A DNA stretch of 62,049 nt from an uncultured Opitutales bacterium (GTDB lineage: Bacteria > Verrucomicrobiota > Verrucomicrobiia > Opitutales > JABSRG01): positions 372-62,420 of the forward strand of contig CAYQKH010000002.1 of assembly GCA_964417945.1 (NCBI GenBank), read 5' to 3'. How positions within the stretch are numbered: the stretch's first letter is position 1; the number at the start of each line of letters is the position of its first letter. Both the position numbers and the translations under genes were made by a program. Positions 9,068 through 17,887 of the stretch are shown in pieces. A model generated the notes under the pieces. The model saw nothing but the letters and a program-made list of their open reading frames with translations. It had not been told where the DNA came from and did not search any database.

Positions 9068-11419
9068 TTAAAAGCGGCTGCCAAAGGAAAAGTTGAATTG
9101 CCCCCCCTTGTCGTTGAACTCGTCCGTCGAGAGCGGATAGCCGTAATCGAGGCGGACTGGCGAGCCCAACAATCGCATTCGGATCCCAAAACCGACGTTG
9201 TCGTTCCAATTATTTGGAGCAAAATCGTTTTCATCCGGATTGACGAACCCGCCATCGTAAAAAAGGGCCACCCGGAGGGGGTCCGCGATTTTGATAACAT
9301 ATTCGCCGCTCAAGAAGCCGTAGGAGTTCCCCCCGATCGGTTCCAGCGTCGTGGGGTCCTTCGGGCCGACCTCGCGAAACTCAAATCCACGCAGAGACTC
9401 CGGGCCCCCAAGAAAGAAGCGGTCGAAAAAGGGAACTTCGTCGGAGTCGCCGAAGGGAACGATCGTCCCCGCACGGGCGAGGATAAAAAAGGTTTGCTCG
9501 AGGGGCCAATCCGCCAGCAACCAGTATTTTGAAGTCCGCAGGTCTGTCCTCACGTAGTCGGTCTCGCCGCCAAAGATCCCTCCCGCGACGTCGATGTTTA
9601 AGCTCACGCGGTTGCCCCGGGTCGGATGAATCAGGTTGTTCCTCGTGTCGCGCAGAAAACCGACCCCGACCTTCGAAACCGTCCGCTCTCCGGATTCCTG
9701 TTGGATGATCGGAGAGGCGAACGGGCTCACGTCAAAGATGTCGACAACCTCCAGCCCGTAGGAGATTTGCCCTTCCACCAATTCAAAAAGTCGCCGCCGG
9801 AGGTAGACCTCGAATCCCGTCCGAAGCTCGTTGAACTGCGTCGAATTGAAATCCGTCTCCGAACGAAACGCTTCAAAGCCCGCCGCCAGCCGCTGCTCGA
9901 ATAACCAGGGCTCCTCGAAGGAAAGGTTAATCTGGTTGCTCTGCGATCCCAACTGGAACCCGAGGCGGAATTTCTGGCCGTCTCCCTGGAAAAAGGAACG
10001 GCGGTTGAAGAGATCGAAGTTCGCTTGGGTTAACTCGAGAAATAGCGTCGCTCGCTGCAGGCTGCTGAAGCCTGCGCCGAAGGAGAGGTTCCCGGTCCGC
10101 CCCTCCTGGACCGAAACCCGAAGGTTCCGGCGACCGGGTATATTGGTCGGTTCCGGGGACAAGTTCACCCCGTTCTGCTCGAAAAACCGCGTGTTCTCCA
10201 GACGGGATTGGCTCGTCTTCATCCGCACCAGGTCGAAGACATCACCCGGAGCCAGCGCCAGTTCTCGCAGAATAACCGTGCTCTTTGTCTTCGTGTTTCC
10301 TTGGATGTTGATCGATTCCACGAAGAATTTTTCACTCTCGCGTACCCGAAAATTGATGTCGATCGCACGCGTTTGGAGGTTCGGAACCCGCTCCACCCGA
10401 ACGACCGTGTCGAGAAACCCGCGACTGCCGTAGTAGTCCGTTAGGCTCTCCTCATCCTCCGACAGTTTTTCCGGGGAAAAGACGTCCCCTCGCTGCATCT
10501 CAAGGATCGGTCGCAGCTCATCATCGGTATAGATTGTGTTCCCGATAATGTCGATGTCCCCGACCCGATACCGCTGCCCCTCTTCCAGCGGAATGACGAT
10601 TCGCATCCGACGCTCGCCGGGGTATTCGAAGCGGATCTTATCCTCGTCGATATTGATGTCGAGGTAGCCCGCGTTCTTGTAAGTCACCCGCAGCTTGTCC
10701 AGGTCCTCCGCGAATTCCTTCTCGTCGAATTTTCCGGTGCCAGTCAGGAAGGAAAAGACCCACCAGGCCTTGTTCTTCATCTTGTTTCGCAGCTCTCCGG
10801 TGGCGAATGCTTCGTTGCCTTCAAATTTGACTTTGGCGATCCGAACTTTCCGTCCTTCGTCTATCGTGATGGTCAGCCGGGCGGTCCCCCGCAACTTGTC
10901 CCGGGCAACTTCATAATCAATCTCCACGTCACTGAAGCCCTTTTTGATGTAGAATTCCTTCAGCGCATCCACGTCATTCTTCACCTGCAATTCATCGAGG
11001 AAGCTTTCCGGCTGAGTCTGCATCTCCTTGAGGAGCCGGTTCCCCGTCACACGGGAATTCCCCACGAAGGAAATCAATTCTACCCGGAATCGCGGGCGGA
11101 CGAGGAACGTGATGTTCACAACCCCGGGCTGGACACGCTCTAATTGGACGTCGATAAACTCAAACAGCCCCGTGCCATAGAGAGTGCGGATCGATTGGTC
11201 GATCTCATCGCGGTCTAAGTCCTGCCCCGCCTTCACCCGGAGGTTGTTGCGCACGTATTGCTCACTGACCGCAGACACCCCTTCGAACTCAATGTTGACC
11301 TCCCCCACGGTATCCGCCTCCGTGGGCGCGGCGGAATCACCCGTCAACTGGGCAAATAACGGAGGTGAAAACCAGAACCCAAGATACAAAAGGGTCCCCA
11401 TGATGAAGAGTCGGCGCAT
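9068..11419 (-). CDS. bamA: Outer membrane protein assembly factor BamA (Omp85)
   Basis: 783 aa. Signal peptide, repeated POTRA-like units, and a C-terminal beta-barrel ending ...GGQFNFSFGSRF. Confidence 0.95.
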   Translation of the reverse strand: MRRLFIMGTLLYLGFWFSPPLFAQLTGDSAAPTEADTVGEVNIEFEGVSAVSEQYVRNNLRVKAGQDLDRDEIDQSIRTLYGTGLFEFIDVQLERVQPGVVNITFLVRPRFRVELISFVGNSRVTGNRLLKEMQTQPESFLDELQVKNDVDALKEFYIKKGFSDVEIDYEVARDKLRGTARLTITIDEGRKVRIAKVKFEGNEAFATGELRNKMKNKAWWVFSFLTGTGKFDEKEFAEDLDKLRVTYKNAGYLDINIDEDKIRFEYPGERRMRIVIPLEEGQRYRVGDIDIIGNTIYTDDELRPILEMQRGDVFSPEKLSEDEESLTDYYGSRGFLDTVVRVERVPNLQTRAIDINFRVRESEKFFVESINIQGNTKTKSTVILRELALAPGDVFDLVRMKTSQSRLENTRFFEQNGVNLSPEPTNIPGRRNLRVSVQEGRTGNLSFGAGFSSLQRATLFLELTQANFDLFNRRSFFQGDGQKFRLGFQLGSQSNQINLSFEEPWLFEQRLAAGFEAFRSETDFNSTQFNELRTGFEVYLRRRLFELVEGQISYGLEVVDIFDVSPFASPIIQQESGERTVSKVGVGFLRDTRNNLIHPTRGNRVSLNIDVAGGIFGGETDYVRTDLRTSKYWLLADWPLEQTFFILARAGTIVPFGDSDEVPFFDRFFLGGPESLRGFEFREVGPKDPTTLEPIGGNSYGFLSGEYVIKIADPLRVALFYDGGFVNPDENDFAPNNWNDNVGFGIRMRLLGSPVRLDYGYPLSTDEFNDKGGQFNFSFGSRF

Positions 11420-11434
11420 AAAAATTGTCCCGTT

Positions 11435-12889
11435 TTAATCGATACTGTTCTCGAAACGGGTGTAGTGACGTCGAAAAGTCAAAGCCACTTCTCCTACCGG
11501 TCCATTCCGCTGTTTGGCAATGATTAAATTGATACGCTCCACGTCTCCAGGGAGAGTCCCGTCCACCGGTTTTTCATCCTCCATCGCATCTCCCTGCGTT
11601 CCGGGGCGATGGAGCAGTAAGACCACGTCCGCGTCCTGCTCGATCGAGCCGGATTCGCGCAAGTCGGAGAGTCGGGGGCGGCGTTTTTCTTTTTCCGATT
11701 CACGATTGAGTTGGCTAAGGACAAGAACCGGCACATTCAGTTCCTTTGCCATGGCCTTTAAGCCGCGCGAAATTTCCGCGATTTGCTGCTCCCGCTGCAC
11801 TGCCGAATTGTTACCCTGGAGCAGCTGGAGGTAGTCGACCACGATCAACTGCAACGGGGTATCCTGCAACTTCGAGGCTAGCCGACGCGCCTTGGCGCGC
11901 AATTCCAAGATGCTCAGGCCGCCGGAGTCATCAATATAGAGTGGGGCTCCTTTCAATTCATTAGCCGCCGCGCCAAGGGCCTTTTGCTCCTCGGAATTGA
12001 GGATGCCGTCCATCACCCGCTTGCTGTCGACACGGGCACGACCGGTCAGCAACCGCAGAGCCAACTGGTCCGAGGTCATTTCCAGGCTGAAGACCATCGT
12101 CGCCGCCGACTCGCTGTGCAGGGATGGGGGCGGGGCCACCGCCGCTTCCGCGAAATTCATCGCCAGAGAGGTCTTCCCAACAGACGGTCGTGCCGCAAGG
12201 ACGATCATCTGTCCCGGATGGAAGCCCATTGTCATTTTATCAAGATCCGTCAACCCCGTCCGTATCCCGTAGCTCGAACCCTGATTATTAATGAGGTTGT
12301 AGACATGCTTGACCGCATCTTCAATAGGTCCCCGAATATGTTGGGCGGATTCCGTTACGCGGTCCTGACTGATCTGGAAAATGTCCTGCTCAACGGATTC
12401 GAGGAACTCCTCGATTGTTTCCTCCTGGCTGTAGCACTTTTCCACCGTATGGGTGGCGGTGCGGATCAGCCGCCGGATCATATCTTTCTCCCGCACGATT
12501 TCCAGCCAGTGCGCCGCGTGCAGCGACGTGTCCACCGCCTCCGCGATTTCAATGAGATGCGGCCGTCCCCCCGCCTCCTCAAGGTGCCCTTCCTTTTCCA
12601 GCTGTTCCGCCAGGACGATTTCATCCAGCGGGACGCCGCGCTCATACAGCTTGAGCATTGACTCATAGATGTATTGATGCGCCAACTTGAAAAACGAATC
12701 TGGGCGCAGCTTGGCGTCTACGCACAGGGTGAGGATCTCACTGCCACCTTCGAGGATGCAGGAGCAGAGTAAACCTCGTTCCGCCTCCTGGTTATGAGGC
12801 GGAACCCGGTCGGACGGGTGTCGGCCATTGGGGTTCCGGGGCCCGTCGCTTCGATCGCTTCCGTGGGTCGGACCTTTGGACGAAGGCAT
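11435..12889 (-). CDS. dnaB: Replicative DNA helicase
   Basis: PHNQEAERGLLCSCI N-domain, Walker A ARPSVGKTSLA, VVDYLQLL and SQLNRESE motifs. About 40 aa of low-complexity N-terminal lead. Confidence 0.96.
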   Translation of the reverse strand: MPSSKGPTHGSDRSDGPRNPNGRHPSDRVPPHNQEAERGLLCSCILEGGSEILTLCVDAKLRPDSFFKLAHQYIYESMLKLYERGVPLDEIVLAEQLEKEGHLEEAGGRPHLIEIAEAVDTSLHAAHWLEIVREKDMIRRLIRTATHTVEKCYSQEETIEEFLESVEQDIFQISQDRVTESAQHIRGPIEDAVKHVYNLINNQGSSYGIRTGLTDLDKMTMGFHPGQMIVLAARPSVGKTSLAMNFAEAAVAPPPSLHSESAATMVFSLEMTSDQLALRLLTGRARVDSKRVMDGILNSEEQKALGAAANELKGAPLYIDDSGGLSILELRAKARRLASKLQDTPLQLIVVDYLQLLQGNNSAVQREQQIAEISRGLKAMAKELNVPVLVLSQLNRESEKEKRRPRLSDLRESGSIEQDADVVLLLHRPGTQGDAMEDEKPVDGTLPGDVERINLIIAKQRNGPVGEVALTFRRHYTRFENSID

Positions 12890-12922
12890 CTACGCGATTC
12901 CTGACGAACAAGAAGGACGGGC

Positions 12923-13414
12923 CTATTCCGACGCCGGTTCTTCCGACGGCTCCGGGATCGGGTTCTCCGAAACAATCTCAAACTTTAAGGAGGCGGTCAC
13001 ACTCGGGTGCAGCTTCACCTCCGTGGTGTGCTGGCCGAGTTCCTTCACCGGGCTAGGAAGGCTGATCACCTTTTTGTCCACTTCGATCCCGGCCTCGGTC
13101 ACCTTTTCGTATAGGTCGTTGGCCGTTACCGCACCAAACATTTTCCCGGTTTCCCCGGTCTTTACTGCAATTCCAATGCTCAAAGCTTCCAGTTTGGCCG
13201 CCACTTCCTGCGCGATCGCCAGTTCTTTCGCCTCCCGCTCTTCGCGCCGCGCCTGCAGGGCTTCCACCTGCTTGCGGTTGGCCCGAGTCAAGGGGACCGC
13301 CAGTTTCCGTGGAAATAGATAATTGCGCGCATAGCCGGGCTTGACCGAGACTTCTTCTCCCTCGGTGCCGAGTCCTTTAATTCTGGTTAACAGTAAAACT
13401 TTATCGATGGGCAT
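12923..13414 (-). CDS. rplI: 50S ribosomal protein L9
   Basis: VLLLTRIKGLGTEGEEVSVKPGYARNYLFPRKLA; acidic C-terminal tail. Confidence 0.96.
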   Translation of the reverse strand: MPIDKVLLLTRIKGLGTEGEEVSVKPGYARNYLFPRKLAVPLTRANRKQVEALQARREEREAKELAIAQEVAAKLEALSIGIAVKTGETGKMFGAVTANDLYEKVTEAGIEVDKKVISLPSPVKELGQHTTEVKLHPSVTASLKFEIVSENPIPEPSEEPASE

Positions 13415-13483
13415 AGCTTATTCGAATGGTTGAATGGAAAAGTCATGGGAGCCAGAGCCACGCAGGCAACCGGCCTCGGGTTT

Positions 13484-13948
13484 TCAAAAGGGAACGTCGT
13501 CCTCCAGCTCGTCACTCCTGCTCTCCTCTGCGGGACGGGAGCGCTCACCGCCGCCCGAACGCTGGGGAGGTGAGCTCGATTCGTACCCCCCGCCTCCGCC
13601 GGAGCCGCCCTCTCCATCGCCGCGGCCCGCGAATTGAAAGTTCTCCACGATGACGTTTAGCTTGCTCCGCTTCTCGCCGGTCTGCGTTTCCCACTGGTCC
13701 AGCTTCAAACGGCCTTCCACGAGGATCCCGGACCCTTTGCTGCAATACTTGGCGATGACTTCCGCCTGCCGCCCAAACGCGGTCATGTCCACGAAAGTCG
13801 TTTCCTCTCGCTGCTCCTCTCCAACCCGGAATCGGCGGTTTACCGCCAGTCCAAAGTTGCAGAGCGGGTTGCCGGTCGAGGCCGGAACCCGGAGTTCGGG
13901 GTCGCGGGTTAGGTTCCCCATGAGGATAACTTTGTTGAAGGAGGCCAT
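13484..13948 (-). CDS. ssb: Single-stranded DNA-binding protein
   Basis: MASFNKVILMGNLTRDPELR OB fold, Gly-rich linker and acidic tip ...DDVPF. Confidence 0.96.
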   Translation of the reverse strand: MASFNKVILMGNLTRDPELRVPASTGNPLCNFGLAVNRRFRVGEEQREETTFVDMTAFGRQAEVIAKYCSKGSGILVEGRLKLDQWETQTGEKRSKLNVIVENFQFAGRGDGEGGSGGGGGYESSSPPQRSGGGERSRPAEESRSDELEDDVPF

Positions 13949-13970
13949 AAGGGTGTTTCGGGATCCGGGT

Positions 13971-14276
13971 TTAGTGCTCGCGCCGTTCGGAGAATATACG
14001 GTGGATGCGACGGTCTAAACGAAGCTTTTCGTTCAGCTCGTCATTGAAATCGGGGCCCGCTTCCACTTTTGCGGAAAGGTAGTGCCCACTCCGGAATCGC
14101 TGGTCTGGGACCCGGGCGAATTCTTTTAAACCGAGGTTCTCAAACGCGCTCACCTCCGCTCCCAGTTCGTTCATTGTTGAGGTCAGGGATTCGATCAAAG
14201 TCTCCACCGGTTCGTCGTATCCTCGGAGGTCGAGGATAAAGGTCACGTTGTATTTTCGTTTGTCAGTTACGCTCAT
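13971..14276 (-). CDS. rpsF: 30S ribosomal protein S6
   Basis: YNVTFILD...ENLGLKEFAR pattern; position upstream of ssb. Confidence 0.93.
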   Translation of the reverse strand: MSVTDKRKYNVTFILDLRGYDEPVETLIESLTSTMNELGAEVSAFENLGLKEFARVPDQRFRSGHYLSAKVEAGPDFNDELNEKLRLDRRIHRIFSERREH

Positions 14277-14868
14277 CGGGCGGTCTTTTTTGGTTGAATT
14301 GATTCATAGTAAGTGTGGGCCCCACTTTCACAAGGGAAATTAGCCCTTCGCAGAGATGCGGCAGCCGCGATCGGAGCATTTCCAGCTCTTCCGCCGGAGT
14401 TTTTCCCAAAACAAAGTCCGTCAAGCTCATTTCCGGGTGCGTTTTCGGCCCGATCCCCACTCGGTAACGGACGAATTCCCCGTCCAGGTGCTTCATCAGG
14501 TCGGCCACGCCGTTGTGCCCACCATCGCTCCCTCCGATCGAGATCTTCAGGCGCGCCGGTTCCAGGGTGATGTCATCGTAGACTACCCCCAGCTCTTCCG
14601 TCGGTTGTGCGAAGTAACGGCACCAGGAGCCGATCACTCGTCCACTGTGATTCATGAAATCCTGCGGCTTTAGCAAGTGCACGGTTTTCCCGTCTATCCG
14701 CACTTGGCAAACCTGGATAGGAGCTGCCTTCCGCTCGTCTTTCCACTCTCCTCCAAACCGGCTGGCTAGGGCATCTACCACCAGGAATCCCGCGTTATGG
14801 CGGGTGCCTTCGTAGTGTGGACCGGGGTTGCCCAGGCCTGCAATCATCGAAATCGACATCGGGAACAA
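14263..14868 (-). CDS. pth: Peptidyl-tRNA hydrolase
   Basis: IAGLGNPGPHYEGTRHNAGF and GGHNG motifs. The start could also be the Met at 14859 or 14847. The 3' end overlaps the rpsF start by 14 nt. Confidence 0.93.
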   Translation of the reverse strand: MFPMSISMIAGLGNPGPHYEGTRHNAGFLVVDALASRFGGEWKDERKAAPIQVCQVRIDGKTVHLLKPQDFMNHSGRVIGSWCRYFAQPTEELGVVYDDITLEPARLKISIGGSDGGHNGVADLMKHLDGEFVRYRVGIGPKTHPEMSLTDFVLGKTPAEELEMLRSRLPHLCEGLISLVKVGPTLTMNQFNQKRPPDERN

Positions 14869-14913
14869 CGGAACTCCGGAAGGTTGCTGGGGACGAGTCC
14901 TCGCGACCGCGCC

Positions 14914-15552
14914 TTACTCGTTTTCCGCTTCTGACTCATCCACCGTCGGCACATCGGCCGGATCGATCGTTTCGGTGGCCTCCAGATCTTCCTCTGAAAT
15001 CGGTGCTGCCACCGAAGCCAGGACCGTCTCCGAATCCAACGTGACTTCCACTCCTTCCGGAAGCTTCAGGTCACTGACGTGGAGGGATTCCCCGATGTGC
15101 AACGCGGAGACGTCCAATTCCAATTGCTCCGGCAGGTTCTTCGGAAAACATTGCACTTCCAGCTCATGCAGAGCCGTTTCCAGAATGCCGCCATCTTCCT
15201 GAACGCCCAATGGGGTCCCCACCGTTTGCAAGCGCACCGTCATCGTCATCGCTTCACCCGCATACACTTCGTTAAAATCGATGTGCAGGATCAAATCTTT
15301 GATTGGATCCATCTGGATATCTTTGATTGTGGTTAAACGGGTGTCCCCGCCATCGTCCGCAATCTCCACGAGAGAAGCCCCTCCGTCCATTTTCTTCCAG
15401 AGGGCCTGAAATTCTTTTTCACTAATCGCAAGAGGTTGATTGCCGCTTCGTCCATACACTACGGCCGGAATGTCTCCTGCCTTGCGAAGACGTCGCGAGC
15501 TTCCCCGTCCAGAGGCCTCTCGTTTTCTGACGCTGAGTTTTTGAAGTTCCAT
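14914..15552 (-). CDS. rplY: 50S ribosomal protein L25, general stress protein Ctc form
   Basis: RKAGDIPAVVYG..., two-domain length (212 aa), acidic tail. Confidence 0.92.
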   Translation of the reverse strand: MELQKLSVRKREASGRGSSRRLRKAGDIPAVVYGRSGNQPLAISEKEFQALWKKMDGGASLVEIADDGGDTRLTTIKDIQMDPIKDLILHIDFNEVYAGEAMTMTVRLQTVGTPLGVQEDGGILETALHELEVQCFPKNLPEQLELDVSALHIGESLHVSDLKLPEGVEVTLDSETVLASVAAPISEEDLEATETIDPADVPTVDESEAENE

Positions 15553-15562
15553 TTGTGTGCTA

Positions 15563-15590
15563 TAAATAGAAAAACCAAAAAACTTGCCAA
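15563..15590 (-). promoter_or_regulatory. Candidate sigma-70-type promoter for the rplY-pth-rpsF... array
   Basis: The minus strand reads TTGGCA-N16-TATTTA, with the -10-like hexamer only 10 nt from the rplY ATG. Confidence 0.35.
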
Positions 15591-15733
15591 GCGCGCCTTA
15601 GCGATGCAACTGAAAAAGTCATCCAACCCCCAAAAGTGCCCGATTTGCGGAAACCAACCCGTTTAGGGTTTCTCTTGAATCATATTTGATAATCAAAAAC
15701 TTTTTAATCTGGAAAACGACAATCTTGGTGCAG

Positions 15734-15755
15734 AAAAAAAGCCGGGCAAAGCCCA
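15734..15755 (-). terminator. Weak candidate intrinsic terminator downstream of rlmN
   Basis: The minus strand reads GTGGGC-TTT-GCCCGG-C-TTTTTTT: a 4-5 bp stem, a triloop and a T7 tract. Confidence 0.3.
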
Positions 15756-15881
15756 CTGGTTTTCTTCCCCGCTAATCTCTCCCTGGGCCATGGAAAATAT
15801 GGAGCAGATCCGGGGTCCGGACTTTTTTGTGTCGCCCCCTCCTGACAATAGCGGAAAGAAAACCGGAGGGGCCACGGACCG

Positions 15882-16976
15882 TTAGGAAACGGATGGTCGG
15901 CGCGCGCGCAGGACTTCTCGCGGGCTCAGGGCCAACTCACCTATACGTTTCGTCGCCAACTGTCCACAGGCTGCGCTTACGTCCTGTCCCCTGCTGTAGC
16001 GAATGGGGGCGGGGATCGAGCGTTCACTTAAATAACTCTGGAACGCGCGAAGCCGGTCTGCTTCGCTGGCCTGCATCGGATTGCCCGGATGAGCATTCAT
16101 CGGGATGAGGTTAACTTTGGCCTTCAAACCATGGACGAAATGCACCAGTTTCCGCGCATCCTGAAGGGAATCATTTTCCCCACGAATCATGACATACTCG
16201 AAAGTAATGCCATGACGCGTCTGAACCGGGTAGTCCAAAAGTGCCGCTTTCAGCACCTCCAGCGGGTATTTTCGGTTGATCGGCATCATCCGGCTGCGGT
16301 GGGCGTCATCTGCACTGTGCAGCGAGATCGCAAGGCTGACCGCCACCGTTTCTCCCAGTCGACGGATTTCCGGAACCAACCCGACGGTAGACACCGTGAC
16401 GCGATGCTTAGACAACCCGAAAAGCCGGGAATCCGTCAGGGTCCGGCAACTTTCCACCACCGCATCGAAATTATCCAGGGGCTCGCCCATTCCCATAAAA
16501 ACCACATTGGTGACCTGCCTTCGGGGATCACCGCTTTCCTTCAGCCTCCGGTTGGCCAGAAGGACCTGGCCGAGGATTTCTCCCGAACTTAAGTGGCGGC
16601 TCAACCCCATCTTCCCCGTCTGGCAGAAGGTGCAGCCGAAACGACACCCGACTTGGCTGCTCACACACAAGGTGACACGCTTCTCCGAGGGCATAAGAAC
16701 GCATTCCGCGAACAATTTGTCGGCGGTGCGAAAGAGGATCTTTTCACTTCCATCCCGAGAGGAAAGCACGGTGTCCACTTTGGGGAGGTCCCAGCTGAAT
16801 TCTGCCGCAAGCGCCGTCCGCAAGGCCCGGGAGAGGTTGCTGAAACCCCGGGGGTCGAACGATTCCCGGGAATACATCCATTCCCGGATCTGATCGCCCG
16901 CAAAAGGCTTTGCACCCTGCGCGACCGCCCAATCCCGCAACGCGTCCCGGCTGAGGTCGAACGCGGAGAAAGACAT
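15882..16976 (-). CDS. rlmN: 23S rRNA/tRNA (adenine-C2)-methyltransferase RlmN, radical SAM
   Basis: CVSSQVGCRFGCTFCQTG radical-SAM cluster, MGMGEPLDN, and ACGQL near the C terminus. The start is set at MSFSAFDL...; upstream Mets at 17003 and 17039 are possible. Confidence 0.93.
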   Translation of the reverse strand: MSFSAFDLSRDALRDWAVAQGAKPFAGDQIREWMYSRESFDPRGFSNLSRALRTALAAEFSWDLPKVDTVLSSRDGSEKILFRTADKLFAECVLMPSEKRVTLCVSSQVGCRFGCTFCQTGKMGLSRHLSSGEILGQVLLANRRLKESGDPRRQVTNVVFMGMGEPLDNFDAVVESCRTLTDSRLFGLSKHRVTVSTVGLVPEIRRLGETVAVSLAISLHSADDAHRSRMMPINRKYPLEVLKAALLDYPVQTRHGITFEYVMIRGENDSLQDARKLVHFVHGLKAKVNLIPMNAHPGNPMQASEADRLRAFQSYLSERSIPAPIRYSRGQDVSAACGQLATKRIGELALSPREVLRARRPSVS

Positions 16977-17143
16977 CGTGCTGTCGCTGGAGGAGGAAAC
17001 CATAACCAATACGCTGTGCAGATTCCTCCCATTTGACAACTTTTCCTCAAAGCGGGTCCTCAGGCGGACCTACCCTCGCGTGGCATCGAACCTTCCGATG
17101 GTTTGCCCTTTCGCCAATTGCGAACGCACACTAGGGTTGGGCT

Positions 17144-17818
17144 ATGACAGTTTCCGAAGCCCTTCATCAGAGGAAATCCACCCGGGCCTTTCTCCCGAAA
17201 CCGGTCGAACGCTCGACCCTTGAAACAATCCTCGAAGCCGCCCGTTGGGCGCCTTCCGGGGCCAATACCCAGCCCTGGTCCGTAGTCGTCTTGACCGGCT
17301 CCGCCAAGAGCGCCCTAGAGGATCGGCTCGTCGACGCTTTTCGGCAGGGCCATAAGGAAACTCACGACTATACCTATTACCCTGTCCAGTGGGAGGAACC
17401 TTATCTTGGGCGGCGACGCGCCACCGGTTTCCAGCTTTACCAAGCCCTCGGCATCGCCCGAGAAGACAAGGCCGGGCGCCTTGCCCAGTGGGCGGAAAAC
17501 TACCGCGCTTTCCGGGCCCCCGCTCTCCTCCTCTTCTTTCTCGACCCCCTTCTCGAAGCCGGCTCCTATCTCGATTATGGCATGTTCCTCCAGTCGATCA
17601 TGCTCCAGGCCCTCGAACTCGGTCTCGCTACCTGCCCCCAGGCCGCTTTCGCCGAATATCCGGTTTCCATAAAGGACCAGCTCGGGATCCCGCCCGAAAA
17701 GCGGCTCCTTTGCGGAATCGCCCTCGGTTATCCGGATCCCGACCATCCTATCAATCAATACCGCACGCCCAGGGTTCCGGTTGCAGACTTCTGCCGGTTC
17801 ATCGACCAGACCCCGTGA
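17144..17818 (+). CDS. Nitroreductase-family flavoprotein
   Basis: RKSTRAFLPKPV...ILEAARWAPSGANTQPW. Confidence 0.85.
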   Translation: MTVSEALHQRKSTRAFLPKPVERSTLETILEAARWAPSGANTQPWSVVVLTGSAKSALEDRLVDAFRQGHKETHDYTYYPVQWEEPYLGRRRATGFQLYQALGIAREDKAGRLAQWAENYRAFRAPALLLFFLDPLLEAGSYLDYGMFLQSIMLQALELGLATCPQAAFAEYPVSIKDQLGIPPEKRLLCGIALGYPDPDHPINQYRTPRVPVADFCRFIDQTP

Positions 17819-17887
17819 TTCCGCAATTTTTGTCTCGTTTTCCCGCCTTTCAGGAAATTGCCTTTTTCTTAAAACCCGAAACCAAAC

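Noticed and set aside
9019-9300. N-terminal extensions suggested by the ORF track for skp, and likewise hisB (34173-34334), the LolA-like gene (37447-37638), the Zn-ribbon ORF (39328-39444), rpsE (46316-46378), pyrE (3974-4096) and pseudopilin 1 (21266-21346)
   Set aside because: The extensions overlap upstream genes or consist of non-homologous, Arg-rich sequence. Internal Mets give signal peptides or canonical family N termini.
13387-13617. 76-aa minus ORF as a possible hidden rpsR
   Set aside because: Its translation bears no resemblance to S18 and it overlaps ssb in another frame.
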